Below, one piece after another: positions 39,887-49,105 of a DNA stretch of 64,000 nucleotides; positions within the stretch are counted from its first letter, which is position 1; every line of letters begins with the position of its first letter. The stretch spans positions 93,602 to 157,601 of the forward strand of contig CAQIDI010000002.1 in the NCBI GenBank assembly GCA_948806215.1. The letters run 5' to 3'. The notes below the pieces were generated by a model. The model saw nothing but the letters and a program-made list of their open reading frames with translations, did no database searches and was not told the DNA's origin. The position numbers and the translations under genes are program-made. Source of the stretch: an uncultured Eubacteriales bacterium. Lineage in GTDB: Bacteria > Bacillota > Clostridia > Christensenellales > UBA1242.

Positions 39887-40158
39887 AAGCTTTTTTAAAA
39901 ATAATATTGTTTCCAATAGAAGTTGTTTGTTATTTATTAATTTACCTTTATAAATTTTTAATTTCTCCAATTTTACCAAACACTTGCATTTACTACCCTA
40001 CTTGCTCAACCTATATGCTTAAAGCCATAAAAGAATTTGGTGTGTTTAAAGGTGTAATGCTTGGAATTAAAAGAATTTTTAGATGTACTCCAAGGCATAA
40101 TGGCGGAATAGATTATGTTCCATTAAATATTAAAGGAGATAAAAAATGGATTTTTTAA
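39883..40158 (+). CDS. yidD: Membrane protein insertion efficiency factor YidD
   Basis: ISPILPNTCIYYPTCSTYMLKAIKEFG. Start overlaps the rnpA stop (ATGA). Confidence 0.85.
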   Translation: MKAFLKIILFPIEVVCYLLIYLYKFLISPILPNTCIYYPTCSTYMLKAIKEFGVFKGVMLGIKRIFRCTPRHNGGIDYVPLNIKGDKKWIF

Positions 40159-41402
40159 CAATAAATATTGCAAACCTTTTGGCAACTCAACCACAAGGTA
40201 TGTGGGAAGCTTTTATTTTTGGTTTAGAAAATGTTATTAAAAACTATGGTTTAACAATTATTTTAATAACATTAATTATTAAAGTTATTTTACTACCATT
40301 TGATTTTTTAAATCGTTATGTAACAAAAAAGAACGCTACAAAAATGGCAGTTATTCAACCAGAAATAGAAAAAATTCAAAAGCGTTATGGTGCTAATCGC
40401 GATTTAATTAATCAAAAAACTATGGAAGTTTATAAAAAACATAACTACTCGGTTACCGGCAGTTGTTTTGCTATGATTTTAAATTTAGCCATTACAATAA
40501 CAATATTCTTTACTTTGTTTACTGGCCTTAACCGAATTGCAGCTTATAAAACTGCAACCGAGTTTGAAACATTGCAAGCGGTTTACGAACAAACAGTTGG
40601 TGGTGAACTTGTTGAAACAAAAATAAGCGATGCCGAAAGCAAAGTTCAAGTAAAATTAGAAGATGGCACTATTATTGATTTAGACGAACAAAAAATTAGT
40701 TTAGCAAACGAAGCTGTTGTTAAAACTTATGGCGAAATTAAAGAAGGCTTTTTGTGGATTAAAAGCATTTGGCGTCCAGATACTAACGCATCGGTAACAT
40801 TAAACTATAAGGATTATTTAAGCATTTCAAAAACAAAAGCCGAAGATTTACCACAAGCGGTTTACGAACAAATTTTTAACCCTATTAAAAACGATAAAGA
40901 ATTTAGTGGCTGGAACGGATATTTTGTGTTAATAATTTTAGCTGCTGTTGCAACCTATTTATCAACTCAAATAAATGTTTGGATTGGTAAAGCAAGAGCA
41001 AGCCTTAAAGGCGAACAATATGTTGATGCTATGGCACAAAATAAAATTTTAATTTATTTAATGCCAATTATTATGGCTTTGTTTGCTTGGTTCTATAATG
41101 CTATGTTTGCAATATATATGGTAACTGGTGCATTATTTGGCCTTGCTACAAACCCAATTATCACATTAATTGTTGATAAGCTTTATGCTAAAAACGAACA
41201 AAAACAAAACGATAAAACATTAGCAACAGTTTCTTATTCAAGAAAGAATATTGAAAAAAATAAAAACTTAAATAATAATTCTGATGTTAAAGTTAAAAAT
41301 GCAAAAATTGCAAAAAATAAGGATACAAAAAATAAACCATTAAATAACGAAATATTATTTAAAAAGTCACAAAAAGATACTTCGAAAAAAGATAAAAAAT
41401 AA
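40146..41402 (+). CDS. yidC: Membrane protein insertase YidC with a Lys-rich C-terminal tail
   Basis: Conserved context. Contains LLPFDFLNRYVTKKNATKMAVIQPEIEKIQKRY plus multiple TM segments. AAAGGAG SD upstream. Confidence 0.9.
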   Translation: MDFLTINIANLLATQPQGMWEAFIFGLENVIKNYGLTIILITLIIKVILLPFDFLNRYVTKKNATKMAVIQPEIEKIQKRYGANRDLINQKTMEVYKKHNYSVTGSCFAMILNLAITITIFFTLFTGLNRIAAYKTATEFETLQAVYEQTVGGELVETKISDAESKVQVKLEDGTIIDLDEQKISLANEAVVKTYGEIKEGFLWIKSIWRPDTNASVTLNYKDYLSISKTKAEDLPQAVYEQIFNPIKNDKEFSGWNGYFVLIILAAVATYLSTQINVWIGKARASLKGEQYVDAMAQNKILIYLMPIIMALFAWFYNAMFAIYMVTGALFGLATNPIITLIVDKLYAKNEQKQNDKTLATVSYSRKNIEKNKNLNNNSDVKVKNAKIAKNKDTKNKPLNNEILFKKSQKDTSKKDKK

Positions 41403-41417
41403 AAAGGGGAAAACATA

Positions 41418-42155
41418 ATGAGTATTATTGTTACAGCTAAAACAATAGAAAAAGCAATTCAACAAGGGCTAGAACAATTAAATGCACAATTAGAAGATGT
41501 TGAAGTTAATGTTATTTCTGAAGGTGGATTATTAAAAAAGGCTAAAGTTGAAATTAGTTTAACAAGCGAAACTGTTGTTGAACAAAAAGAAACAACAAAA
41601 AAACAAACTCAAAAAAATAAAAAAGAAGAAAAAGTGGAAGAAGTTAACTCCGAAATTGCTTTAACCGAAAAAGTTTCAAAGAAAAAAGAAACTTTAATCG
41701 AAACAGAAAAACTAGCAAAACAATGGTTAGAAGGTTTGGTTTATGCTTATAACATTAATGCAACAGTAGAAACCGAAATTAAAAACCAAGAAGTTTATGC
41801 AAAAATTAATGGCGAAAATTTGGGCGTGCTAATTGGATATCACGGCGAAGCAATGGAAGCTATTGGTCACCTTGCTAACAACTATGTTTTTAACAAATTA
41901 AAAAATACTGCTAGAGTTTTTGTTGATGTTAGTGGCTACAGAGAAAAAAGAATTGAAGAGTTAAAAGCAACAGCTTTAAAACTTGCAGAGCGTGTTAAAG
42001 AAAACAAAAGAAAATATAAACTAGACCCAATGAATAGCTACGAACGCAGAGTTATTCACGAAGCGTTATCAAACATTAGTAACATAACAACTCATTCCGA
42101 AGGTGTTGACCCTAATAGATATTTAATTATTGAATATGTAAGTAACGAAGAATAA
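41418..42155 (+). CDS. jag: Jag/KhpB RNA-binding protein (KH + R3H)
   Basis: Conserved position after yidC. C-terminal R3H-type motif SYERRVIHEAL. Confidence 0.85.
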   Translation: MSIIVTAKTIEKAIQQGLEQLNAQLEDVEVNVISEGGLLKKAKVEISLTSETVVEQKETTKKQTQKNKKEEKVEEVNSEIALTEKVSKKKETLIETEKLAKQWLEGLVYAYNINATVETEIKNQEVYAKINGENLGVLIGYHGEAMEAIGHLANNYVFNKLKNTARVFVDVSGYREKRIEELKATALKLAERVKENKRKYKLDPMNSYERRVIHEALSNISNITTHSEGVDPNRYLIIEYVSNEE

Positions 42156-42161
42156 AATAAA

Positions 42162-42190
42162 AATCTACCAGTTAAATTGGTAGGTTTTTT
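42162..42190 (+). terminator. Rho-independent terminator after jag
   Basis: AATCTACCA-gttaaat-TGGTAGGTT followed by T7. Confidence 0.75.
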
Positions 42191-42211
42191 TATAATAATA
42201 AACTTAGTTTA

Positions 42212-42421
42212 CTAGTTAAAAAAATCGTTAGGATTTATTTTTAATATTTCGCAAATATTTAGAAATGTATTTAAACTAATATTTATTTTACCATTTTCAA
42301 CATCGCTAATATACCCTTTGTTTTTACCTAATTTTAAACTTAACTCATAGGCTGAAATATTATTATTTATTCGGTATTGATAAATTTTAAAACGAATGTT
42401 TTTTAGTTTTTTACTATACAT
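42212..42421 (-). CDS. XRE-family helix-turn-helix protein
   Basis: 69 aa. HTH pattern ISAYELSLKLGKNKGYISDVENGK. TATAAT ends 7 nt before the ATG, and there is no SD. Confidence 0.7.
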   Translation of the reverse strand: MYSKKLKNIRFKIYQYRINNNISAYELSLKLGKNKGYISDVENGKINISLNTFLNICEILKINPNDFFN

Positions 42422-42512
42422 ATTTTTATTATAATATACTTTTACATTTACCTAATTGAATAGTATTCCATATAACATAAAAGTGATTGTTTTACGATGG
42501 TTAATTTTTTAA

Positions 42513-42734
42513 TTAATCGTTTTTAATACCTAAAAGATAATCCACTTTAACATTAAAAAATTTGGCTACTTTAATTAACATTTTAATCCGTGGTTCTTTA
42601 CCTCTATTTTCCCAATCGTAAAGGGTTGACCTATTAATTTGCAATAATTTTGAAAGTTCTAAATAACTAAAATTATTTTTTAATCGTAGTTCTTTTAATC
42701 TTTCACTAAATTTATTAACTTTATTATTTTTCAT
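42513..42734 (-). CDS. XRE-family helix-turn-helix protein
   Basis: 73 aa. ERLKELR...YLELSKLLQINRSTLYDWENRGK...VAKFFNVKVDYLLG. TAAAAT ends 7 nt before the ATG, and there is no SD. Confidence 0.75.
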   Translation of the reverse strand: MKNNKVNKFSERLKELRLKNNFSYLELSKLLQINRSTLYDWENRGKEPRIKMLIKVAKFFNVKVDYLLGIKND

Positions 42735-42829
42735 ATTTTTATTTTAATATAAAAAATCATTTTACTATTCGTTTTATACACGATAAAAAAATTATTGTTA
42801 ATATTTTTTTGTTTAAATTTAATATCAAC

Positions 42830-42858
42830 TTGAAAAAAAATGTTTTATAGAGTAAAAT
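42830..42858 (+). promoter_or_regulatory. Putative mnmE promoter
   Basis: TTGAAA, 17-nt spacer, TAAAAT. The canonical start at 42867 lies 9 nt after the -10. Confidence 0.5.
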
Positions 42859-42866
42859 ATATCGTA

Positions 42867-44219
42867 ATGGAAACTATTGCAGCAATATCAACTCCGCAAG
42901 GGGTTGGCGGAATTAGTGTAATAAGATTAAGTGGCAAAGAAGCAAAGAAAGTTGCTTCTAAGGTTTTTTCTTGTTATGGAGATGTTTCGTTTAAAGATAT
43001 TGAACCTAGGAAAATGTATTTGGGAACTTTTAAAGCAGAAAATTTTACAGAAAAATGTATGACTGTTTATTTTAAAGCACCAAATTCCTACACCGGCGAA
43101 GATGTTATCGAATTTCAATGCCACGGTGGAACAGTTATTGCAAATGGTATTTTAACTGCTCTTATCAACAATGGTGCAACCTTAGCAGGCCCAGGTGAAT
43201 TTACAAAACGAGCATTTATTAATGGTAAGTTATCGCTTGATGAAGCTGAAGGTGTTATGGATATGATTAACGCCGAAAGCGAAAGCGAAGTTAGAGCTGG
43301 ATATAACTTGTTAAACGGAAGCTTAAGCAAAGAAATTTTGGAATTACAGAACAACTTAACAAAAATGCTTGCAAAAATAGAAGTGGTTTTAGATTATCCC
43401 GAAAACGATTACGAAGACCAAACTTGCGACGAAGTTGAAAAAGTTTTGTTGGAATCAAAACAAAAAATAGAAAATTTAATTAAAACTTCCGACACAGGTA
43501 TGCTTATTAAAAATGGTAGCAAAGTTTTAATTTTAGGAAAACCTAATGTTGGAAAAAGCAGTTTGTTAAATGCTATTTTAAACTACGATCGAGCAATAGT
43601 TACAAACATTAAAGGAACAACCAGAGATATTTTAGAAGAAAGTTATGTTTATAATGGTGTTAAATTTGTTTTAACCGATACTGCTGGCGTGCACGAAAGT
43701 TCTGATATTGTTGAAAAAATTGGAATTGATAGAGCAAAACAAGCAATTAACTATGCAGATGTTATTTTGGTTGTTTTAGATTCTAGCGAAAAGTTAGAAC
43801 AAGAAGATAAACAAATTTTAGAATTGGTTAAAAACAAAAAAACAATTCTTGTTTTAAACAAAAGCGATAAGCAAAACAAGTTAGACTTATCAGGGTATAA
43901 TTTTGAATACAAATTTAATGTTAGTGCACTAAACAAAACTGGAATCGAAAACCTAAAACAAAGCATTTACGATTTGGTAATTGATAAGAACATAATATCA
44001 TCTAATTTGCTAATAACAAGCAAACGCCATTTGCAAGCTTTAAAAAAAGCGGTTAGTTGCATAAACGATGCATTAAACAGTTTAAAAATTGGAAACACAT
44101 TGGATGTTGTTTCGATTGATATTAAAAATGTGTGGTTTGCGCTTGGAGAGATTACCGGAAACAGTAATAACGAAAGCATTATAACCGAAATATTTAGTTC
44201 TTTTTGTGTGGGAAAATAA
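42867..44219 (+). CDS. mnmE: tRNA modification GTPase MnmE
   Basis: METIAAISTPQGVGGISVIRLSG N-terminus, G-domain GKPNVGKSSLLN and DTAG, and C-terminal FCVGK. The ORF-track start at 42840 is judged an upstream extension. Confidence 0.93.
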   Translation: METIAAISTPQGVGGISVIRLSGKEAKKVASKVFSCYGDVSFKDIEPRKMYLGTFKAENFTEKCMTVYFKAPNSYTGEDVIEFQCHGGTVIANGILTALINNGATLAGPGEFTKRAFINGKLSLDEAEGVMDMINAESESEVRAGYNLLNGSLSKEILELQNNLTKMLAKIEVVLDYPENDYEDQTCDEVEKVLLESKQKIENLIKTSDTGMLIKNGSKVLILGKPNVGKSSLLNAILNYDRAIVTNIKGTTRDILEESYVYNGVKFVLTDTAGVHESSDIVEKIGIDRAKQAINYADVILVVLDSSEKLEQEDKQILELVKNKKTILVLNKSDKQNKLDLSGYNFEYKFNVSALNKTGIENLKQSIYDLVIDKNIISSNLLITSKRHLQALKKAVSCINDALNSLKIGNTLDVVSIDIKNVWFALGEITGNSNNESIITEIFSSFCVGK

Positions 44220-44220
44220 T

Positions 44221-44820
44221 ATGAACTTTATTTGGCGAGAAACAAATGGCGAAGATAAAAAAATTTTTAATGATTGGCATAAAAAAGCAAAGTTAAAAAA
44301 CAACGATTACGATAATATTTCCGTGTTTTTAACCGATAAAACTTTGCTTGGTAATTTTATTGATAATATTACAACATCTTTTCCGGAAAGATTAAAGGCA
44401 TTAACTGCAACATTAAATAATGTTCCAGTTGGAGTTGTTGTTGCCTACATTAGAAACGAACCAAATTTAGATAATGTTATAACATTTGAAGCAATAGCTG
44501 TTAACCCTGAATTTCAAAAAATGGGAATAGGAACTGCAATGGTTTTTGATATTGTTAAAAACAGTGATGCTATATTAAAAGATATTCCAGAATACTTTTT
44601 TGCTTGTATTGATAAGGATAACGCTTCTAGCGAAGCAATTTTTACTAAGAATGGTTTTAAAACCGATAAAATTGAACATTTTGATTATTATAGCTATTAT
44701 CTAGATAAATCCGATGCGGATTTGTTAAAGGATAAGCCAGAACCTTCTTTAGATTTAGCTATTAAAGAAACATTAAAACTGGCTAAACTACAAAAAAATA
44801 ATATAAAAACAAGAAAATAA
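44221..44820 (+). CDS. GNAT-family N-acetyltransferase inserted between mnmE and mnmG
   Basis: IAVNPEFQKMGIGTAMV acetyl-CoA motif. The ATG at 44221 lies just after the mnmE stop. Confidence 0.65.
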   Translation: MNFIWRETNGEDKKIFNDWHKKAKLKNNDYDNISVFLTDKTLLGNFIDNITTSFPERLKALTATLNNVPVGVVVAYIRNEPNLDNVITFEAIAVNPEFQKMGIGTAMVFDIVKNSDAILKDIPEYFFACIDKDNASSEAIFTKNGFKTDKIEHFDYYSYYLDKSDADLLKDKPEPSLDLAIKETLKLAKLQKNNIKTRK

Positions 44821-44821
44821 A

Positions 44822-46681
44822 ATGAAAGATAATTTTTACGATGCAGTTGTAATAGGTTCGGGACACGCCGGTTGCGAAGCGGCTTTGGCACTTGCTCGAA
44901 TGAATAACAAAACTTTACTATTAACCCTTAATCTTGATAGTATTGCTTTTTTGGCGTGCAATCCTAGCATTGGCGGAACTGCTAAGGGGCACTTGGTTTG
45001 CGAAATTGATGCTCTTGGTGGACAAATGGGCATTAACGCTGATAGAACAACTATTCAACGCCGTATGCTTAATAGTTCTAAAGGCCCTGCGGTTTGGTCG
45101 CTTCGAGCACAGGCCGACAAAATAATGTATCACACAACAATGAAAGAAACCCTAGAGCAAACAAAAAATTTGTTTATTAGGCAAGCAGAAGCAAGCAAAA
45201 TTTTAACTAAGAACAATAAAGTTATAGGAGTTAAAACAAGCCAAGGCGACACCTTTAATTGTGGTGCTGTTGTTGTTTGCACAGGCGTTTATTTAAAGAG
45301 CAAAGTTATTGTTGGAAAGTATACTGCTAACACTGGTCCAAATGGTTTTGCTCCTGCTAATAAGTTAACTAAAAGCTTATTAGATTTGGGTTTAAACATA
45401 AGACGATTTAAAACTGGAACTCCAGTTAGAGTTCACTCTGATAGCATTAATTACAATATATTAGAAGAACAATATGGCGAAGATAACATTCAAACCTTTA
45501 GTTTTATGACAAAAACCCCACCTAAAAATGTTATTAAATGTTATTTAACTTACACAACTGAGCAAACTAAAAATTTAATTTTAGATAACTTAGATAAAGC
45601 GCCAATGTATAATGGAGCAATAAAAGGCGAAGGTCCGCGCTACTGCCCTAGCATTGAAAGCAAGGTTGTTAGATTTTCTGATAAAGAACGACATCAGTTG
45701 TTTTTAGAGCCAGAAGCATTAAGTACAAAAGAAATTTATGTTCAAGGATTATCAACCAGTATGCCAACTAACATTCAAAAGCAAATGGTTAGAAGCGTTA
45801 TTGGTTTAGAAAATGCTCAAATAATGCGTGATGCTTATGCTATAGAATACGACTGCATTGATAGCCTAGATTTGTATCCAACTTTGCAATATAAAAACAT
45901 TAGCGGTCTTTATTTTGCTGGCCAAGTTAACGGAACTAGTGGTTACGAAGAAGCAGCAGCACAAGGCATTATGGCAGGCATTAATGCTTCGCAGTTTTTA
46001 AAAGGAAAAGAACCATTAGTTTTAAAACGCAACGAAGCTTATATTGGAGTTTTAATAGACGACCTTGTTACCAAAGGCACAAACGAGCCATATCGAATGA
46101 TGACTAGCCGTGCAGAATATAGGTTGCAACTAAGGCAAGATAATGCCGACCTAAGATTAACGCAAAAAGGTTACGATGTTGGTTTGGTTACCAAACAACG
46201 ATATAACAAATATTTGCAGCGTGTTAACAAAATTAAACAACTTAAAACCGAATTTGATAAAATTAGGCCACCAAAAGAAGTTAACGAAATGTTATCCGAA
46301 AATGGCGAGGTGGAAGCCAAAGTTGGAATTAGCATTAGCGATTGCTTGAAGCGTGCAAACATTACCATAAAAGAAGTTTTAAATTATTTTCCTGAATTTA
46401 AAAATTATCCTACCAGTGTTTTAACTCAAGTTGAAATAGAATGTAAATATGAAGGATATTTAAAACGCCAAGATGTGCAAATAGAGCAAGCAAGAAAACA
46501 AGAAACAACTTTGCTTCCTACAAACATTAATTATTTAAAAATTAAAGGTTTAAGCCTAGAAGCACAACAAAAGCTAGATCAAATAAAACCATTATCGCTT
46601 GGTCAGGCAAGTCGCATTAGCGGTGTTAGCCCTGCCGATATTGCGGTGTTAACAGTTTATATTAAAACTATTAATAAATAA
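44822..46681 (+). CDS. mnmG: tRNA uridine 5-carboxymethylaminomethyl modification enzyme MnmG
   Basis: FAD-binding motif YDAVVIGSGHAGCEAA, plus GTTPR-like FKTGTPVR and GQVNGTSGYEEAAAQG. Confidence 0.95.
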   Translation: MKDNFYDAVVIGSGHAGCEAALALARMNNKTLLLTLNLDSIAFLACNPSIGGTAKGHLVCEIDALGGQMGINADRTTIQRRMLNSSKGPAVWSLRAQADKIMYHTTMKETLEQTKNLFIRQAEASKILTKNNKVIGVKTSQGDTFNCGAVVVCTGVYLKSKVIVGKYTANTGPNGFAPANKLTKSLLDLGLNIRRFKTGTPVRVHSDSINYNILEEQYGEDNIQTFSFMTKTPPKNVIKCYLTYTTEQTKNLILDNLDKAPMYNGAIKGEGPRYCPSIESKVVRFSDKERHQLFLEPEALSTKEIYVQGLSTSMPTNIQKQMVRSVIGLENAQIMRDAYAIEYDCIDSLDLYPTLQYKNISGLYFAGQVNGTSGYEEAAAQGIMAGINASQFLKGKEPLVLKRNEAYIGVLIDDLVTKGTNEPYRMMTSRAEYRLQLRQDNADLRLTQKGYDVGLVTKQRYNKYLQRVNKIKQLKTEFDKIRPPKEVNEMLSENGEVEAKVGISISDCLKRANITIKEVLNYFPEFKNYPTSVLTQVEIECKYEGYLKRQDVQIEQARKQETTLLPTNINYLKIKGLSLEAQQKLDQIKPLSLGQASRISGVSPADIAVLTVYIKTINK

Positions 46682-46687
46682 AAAATA

Positions 46688-46723
46688 AAGATATAGTTAT
46701 ATTTTAATAACTATATCTTTTTT
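46688..46723 (+). terminator. Rho-independent terminator after mnmG
   Basis: 13-bp stem AAGATATAGTTAT-atttta-ATAACTATATCTT followed by a T-run. Confidence 0.8.
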
Positions 46724-46788
46724 GTGTTATAAACTTGTTTTTATTATTATTTAAGCCCTAATAAAAAATTAATATTAATACTAAACAA

Positions 46789-46819
46789 CAAAAAATGGCT
46801 ATATTAAGCCATTTTTTTG
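46789..46819 (-). terminator. Terminator after the SPFH gene
   Basis: AATGGCT-atatta-AGCCATT, flanked by A/T runs. Confidence 0.7.
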
Positions 46820-46822
46820 TTT

Positions 46823-47698
46823 TTAATTATAATCTTTATTAGTTGTTATAACTGGTTGAGCATTTTTATCACCACACAGAACAACTAATAGGTTTCCAAC
46901 TATTTCCGCCTTGCTTTTATCTGAAAGATTAACAATTTTTTTATGGTTAAGTTCTTTTAAAGCCATTTCTACCATACTAACTGCTCCTTCAACAATAATC
47001 TTTCTAGCAGCAATAATGGCACTTGCTTGTTGTCGTTGTAACATAGCAGCTGCAATTTCTTGAGCATAAGCAATGTGGTTTAATCTAACTTCTAAAACTT
47101 CTACTCCAACTTTGTCTAATCGTTTTTGAACAGATTCTTTTAACTTCTCGTTAACTTCATCGTTATTATCTCTAAGAGTTATAACATCTTCTGTAACATC
47201 ATCAAACAAATCGTAAGGATACATACCGGCTAATTCTCTTAAAGCACTTTCGCTTTGGTTTGATACATATTGCTCATAGTCCTCAACTTCATACATAGCT
47301 TCATAGGTATCATCAACTTTCCAAACAACAATAGAACTAATCTCAATAGGATTTCCTAAAGCATCGTTAACTTTAATTTTATCAACATTAAAGTTTCTAA
47401 TTCTTAAACTAATTCTTCTTTTTAAATAAAAAGGATTAACATAATTTATTCCGGTTCTACGGCTTGTTCCTTTATATTTACCAAATAAAGTAAACACTTT
47501 AGCTTCGTTTGGTTGATTAATATAAAAACCATTAAACGAAAAACCGAATGCTGCAAATAAAATTGCTGTTAGTGCTGCTAGTGGTTCTAAAGCAGTTGTT
47601 ATAATTAGGAATATTGAACCCACCGCCAAAGCTAGTAATGTTAATGTTACAGTTAAGCCTATAGCCAAGCTTGTTTTTTCATATTTAATTTCGTGCAT
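46823..47698 (-). CDS. SPFH/band-7 (stomatin/prohibitin-like) domain membrane protein
   Basis: N-terminal TM segments, then an SPFH-like core (VFTLFGKY...INYVNPF...VDKIKVND...) and an Ala/Gln-rich coiled segment. Confidence 0.7.
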   Translation of the reverse strand: MHEIKYEKTSLAIGLTVTLTLLALAVGSIFLIITTALEPLAALTAILFAAFGFSFNGFYINQPNEAKVFTLFGKYKGTSRRTGINYVNPFYLKRRISLRIRNFNVDKIKVNDALGNPIEISSIVVWKVDDTYEAMYEVEDYEQYVSNQSESALRELAGMYPYDLFDDVTEDVITLRDNNDEVNEKLKESVQKRLDKVGVEVLEVRLNHIAYAQEIAAAMLQRQQASAIIAARKIIVEGAVSMVEMALKELNHKKIVNLSDKSKAEIVGNLLVVLCGDKNAQPVITTNKDYN

Positions 47699-47963
47699 TA
47701 TTTTTCCCTCCCATATAATACATAATTATTATATTATTAATTTTTTAGATTTGCAATAAATATAAAACAATAATACAATTCTAAGATAATAAAAGTTTAT
47801 TATTTTTTTAAACATTATTATAATAACCTTTATTAATTTACTAATTTTTTAAATTTGTGATATACTTATTTTAGTATATAATATTATATATTTTACTAAA
47901 AACTAATATGCGCTATCATATAATTTATAATATTTTTAAAAAGTTACAAAAATAAGGAGAAAA

Positions 47964-47979
47964 TGTTTCACGTGAAACA
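47964..47979. other. parS centromere-like site 1
   Basis: TGTTTCACGTGAAACA, a perfect 16-bp palindrome matching the Firmicute parS consensus tGTTNCACGTGAAACa. Confidence 0.85.
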
Positions 47980-47989
47980 TTAAAACAAA

Positions 47990-48700
47990 ATGGAGTTTAA
48001 AACCGAATTAAAACAAACCTTCTTAAAATATGATATTGAACTAACTAATGTTCAAACAGAACAGTTTGAAACTTATTTTAATATGATGATAGAATATAAT
48101 AAGGATGTTAATCTAACGGCCATAACAAATCAGACCGATGTTATTATTAAGCATTTTTTAGATAGCGTGCTATGTGCTAAGGATTTAGGTGAAAATGCAA
48201 AACTTATTGATGTTGGTGCTGGTGCAGGTCTACCGGGAATCCCGCTTAAAATTGTTAGACCAGATTTAGAAGTTACCTTGCTAGATGGCTTAAATAAACG
48301 AATAGTTTTTCTAAATAGTGTTATTAATAAATTAAAACTTACTAAAACAACTGCAGTTCACGCCAGATGCGAAGAGTATGCACGAAAAGTAGAATTTAGA
48401 GAACAATACGACTATTGCGTTGCTCGCGCTGTAGCAAAACTAAACACTTTGGCAGAATATTGTTTGCCGTTTGTAAAATTATATGGCTATATGGTTGCGT
48501 TTAAATCTAGAAATGCACAAGCAGAAATAGAAGAAGCCACTAAAGCATTAAGCATTCTTGGCGGAAAATTAACTGATATAAGAATAACCGATATAGAAGA
48601 AATAGATGCCGAGAGAGATATTTTATTTATTCAAAAGAAATTTAAAACCCCTACTAATTATCCTAGGCTTGGAAATAAACCAAAAACAAATCCGCTTTAA
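47990..48700 (+). CDS. rsmG: 16S rRNA (guanine527-N7)-methyltransferase RsmG
   Basis: YNKDVNLTAIT and DVGAGAGLPGIPLKI SAM motif, in a conserved context. Confidence 0.9.
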   Translation: MEFKTELKQTFLKYDIELTNVQTEQFETYFNMMIEYNKDVNLTAITNQTDVIIKHFLDSVLCAKDLGENAKLIDVGAGAGLPGIPLKIVRPDLEVTLLDGLNKRIVFLNSVINKLKLTKTTAVHARCEEYARKVEFREQYDYCVARAVAKLNTLAEYCLPFVKLYGYMVAFKSRNAQAEIEEATKALSILGGKLTDIRITDIEEIDAERDILFIQKKFKTPTNYPRLGNKPKTNPL

Positions 48701-48718
48701 TCTAAAAAGTTTTAAAAA

Positions 48719-48734
48719 TGTTTCACGTGAAACA
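48719..48734. other. parS centromere-like site 2
   Basis: Identical TGTTTCACGTGAAACA. Confidence 0.85.
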
Positions 48735-48882
48735 TTTTTATTTTTTTAATTCTTACACATTAAAAGCGAAAATGGCTTTATTTAGGGAAAATTTTAAAAT
48801 ATATAAAATTCTAAAATTTTAAAAGTTTCTAAGAAAATAGCTTTATTAATTACTCATAGTAAAAAAAGACTTGTGTTTAAGA

Positions 48883-48898
48883 TGTTTCACGTGAAACA
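48883..48898. other. parS centromere-like site 3
   Basis: Identical TGTTTCACGTGAAACA. Confidence 0.85.
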
Positions 48899-48960
48899 TT
48901 TTTATCACCTAGGATATTTAAAGTTCTTTTCGCCTATGCTCTTTTAAGACTGATTTAATT

Positions 48961-48969
48961 TGATATAAT
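48961..48969 (+). promoter_or_regulatory. Extended -10 element (distal) upstream of parA
   Basis: TGATATAAT preceded by TAATT. The same element occurs upstream of recF. Confidence 0.4.
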
Positions 48970-49051
48970 TTGTGAACTTAACAAATAAATAAATAATTTG
49001 GCAAAATATTAAATTTTTTATTTAAATTGTTTTTACTATATATGTTAATTT

Positions 49052-49060
49052 TGATATAAT
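49052..49060 (+). promoter_or_regulatory. Extended -10 element (proximal) upstream of parA
   Basis: TGATATAAT, 46 nt upstream of the parA ATG. Confidence 0.5.
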
Positions 49061-49105
49061 TCTAATAATAAATAATAGTGCTCTTAAAAAATAAAGGAAG
49101 TGCTT

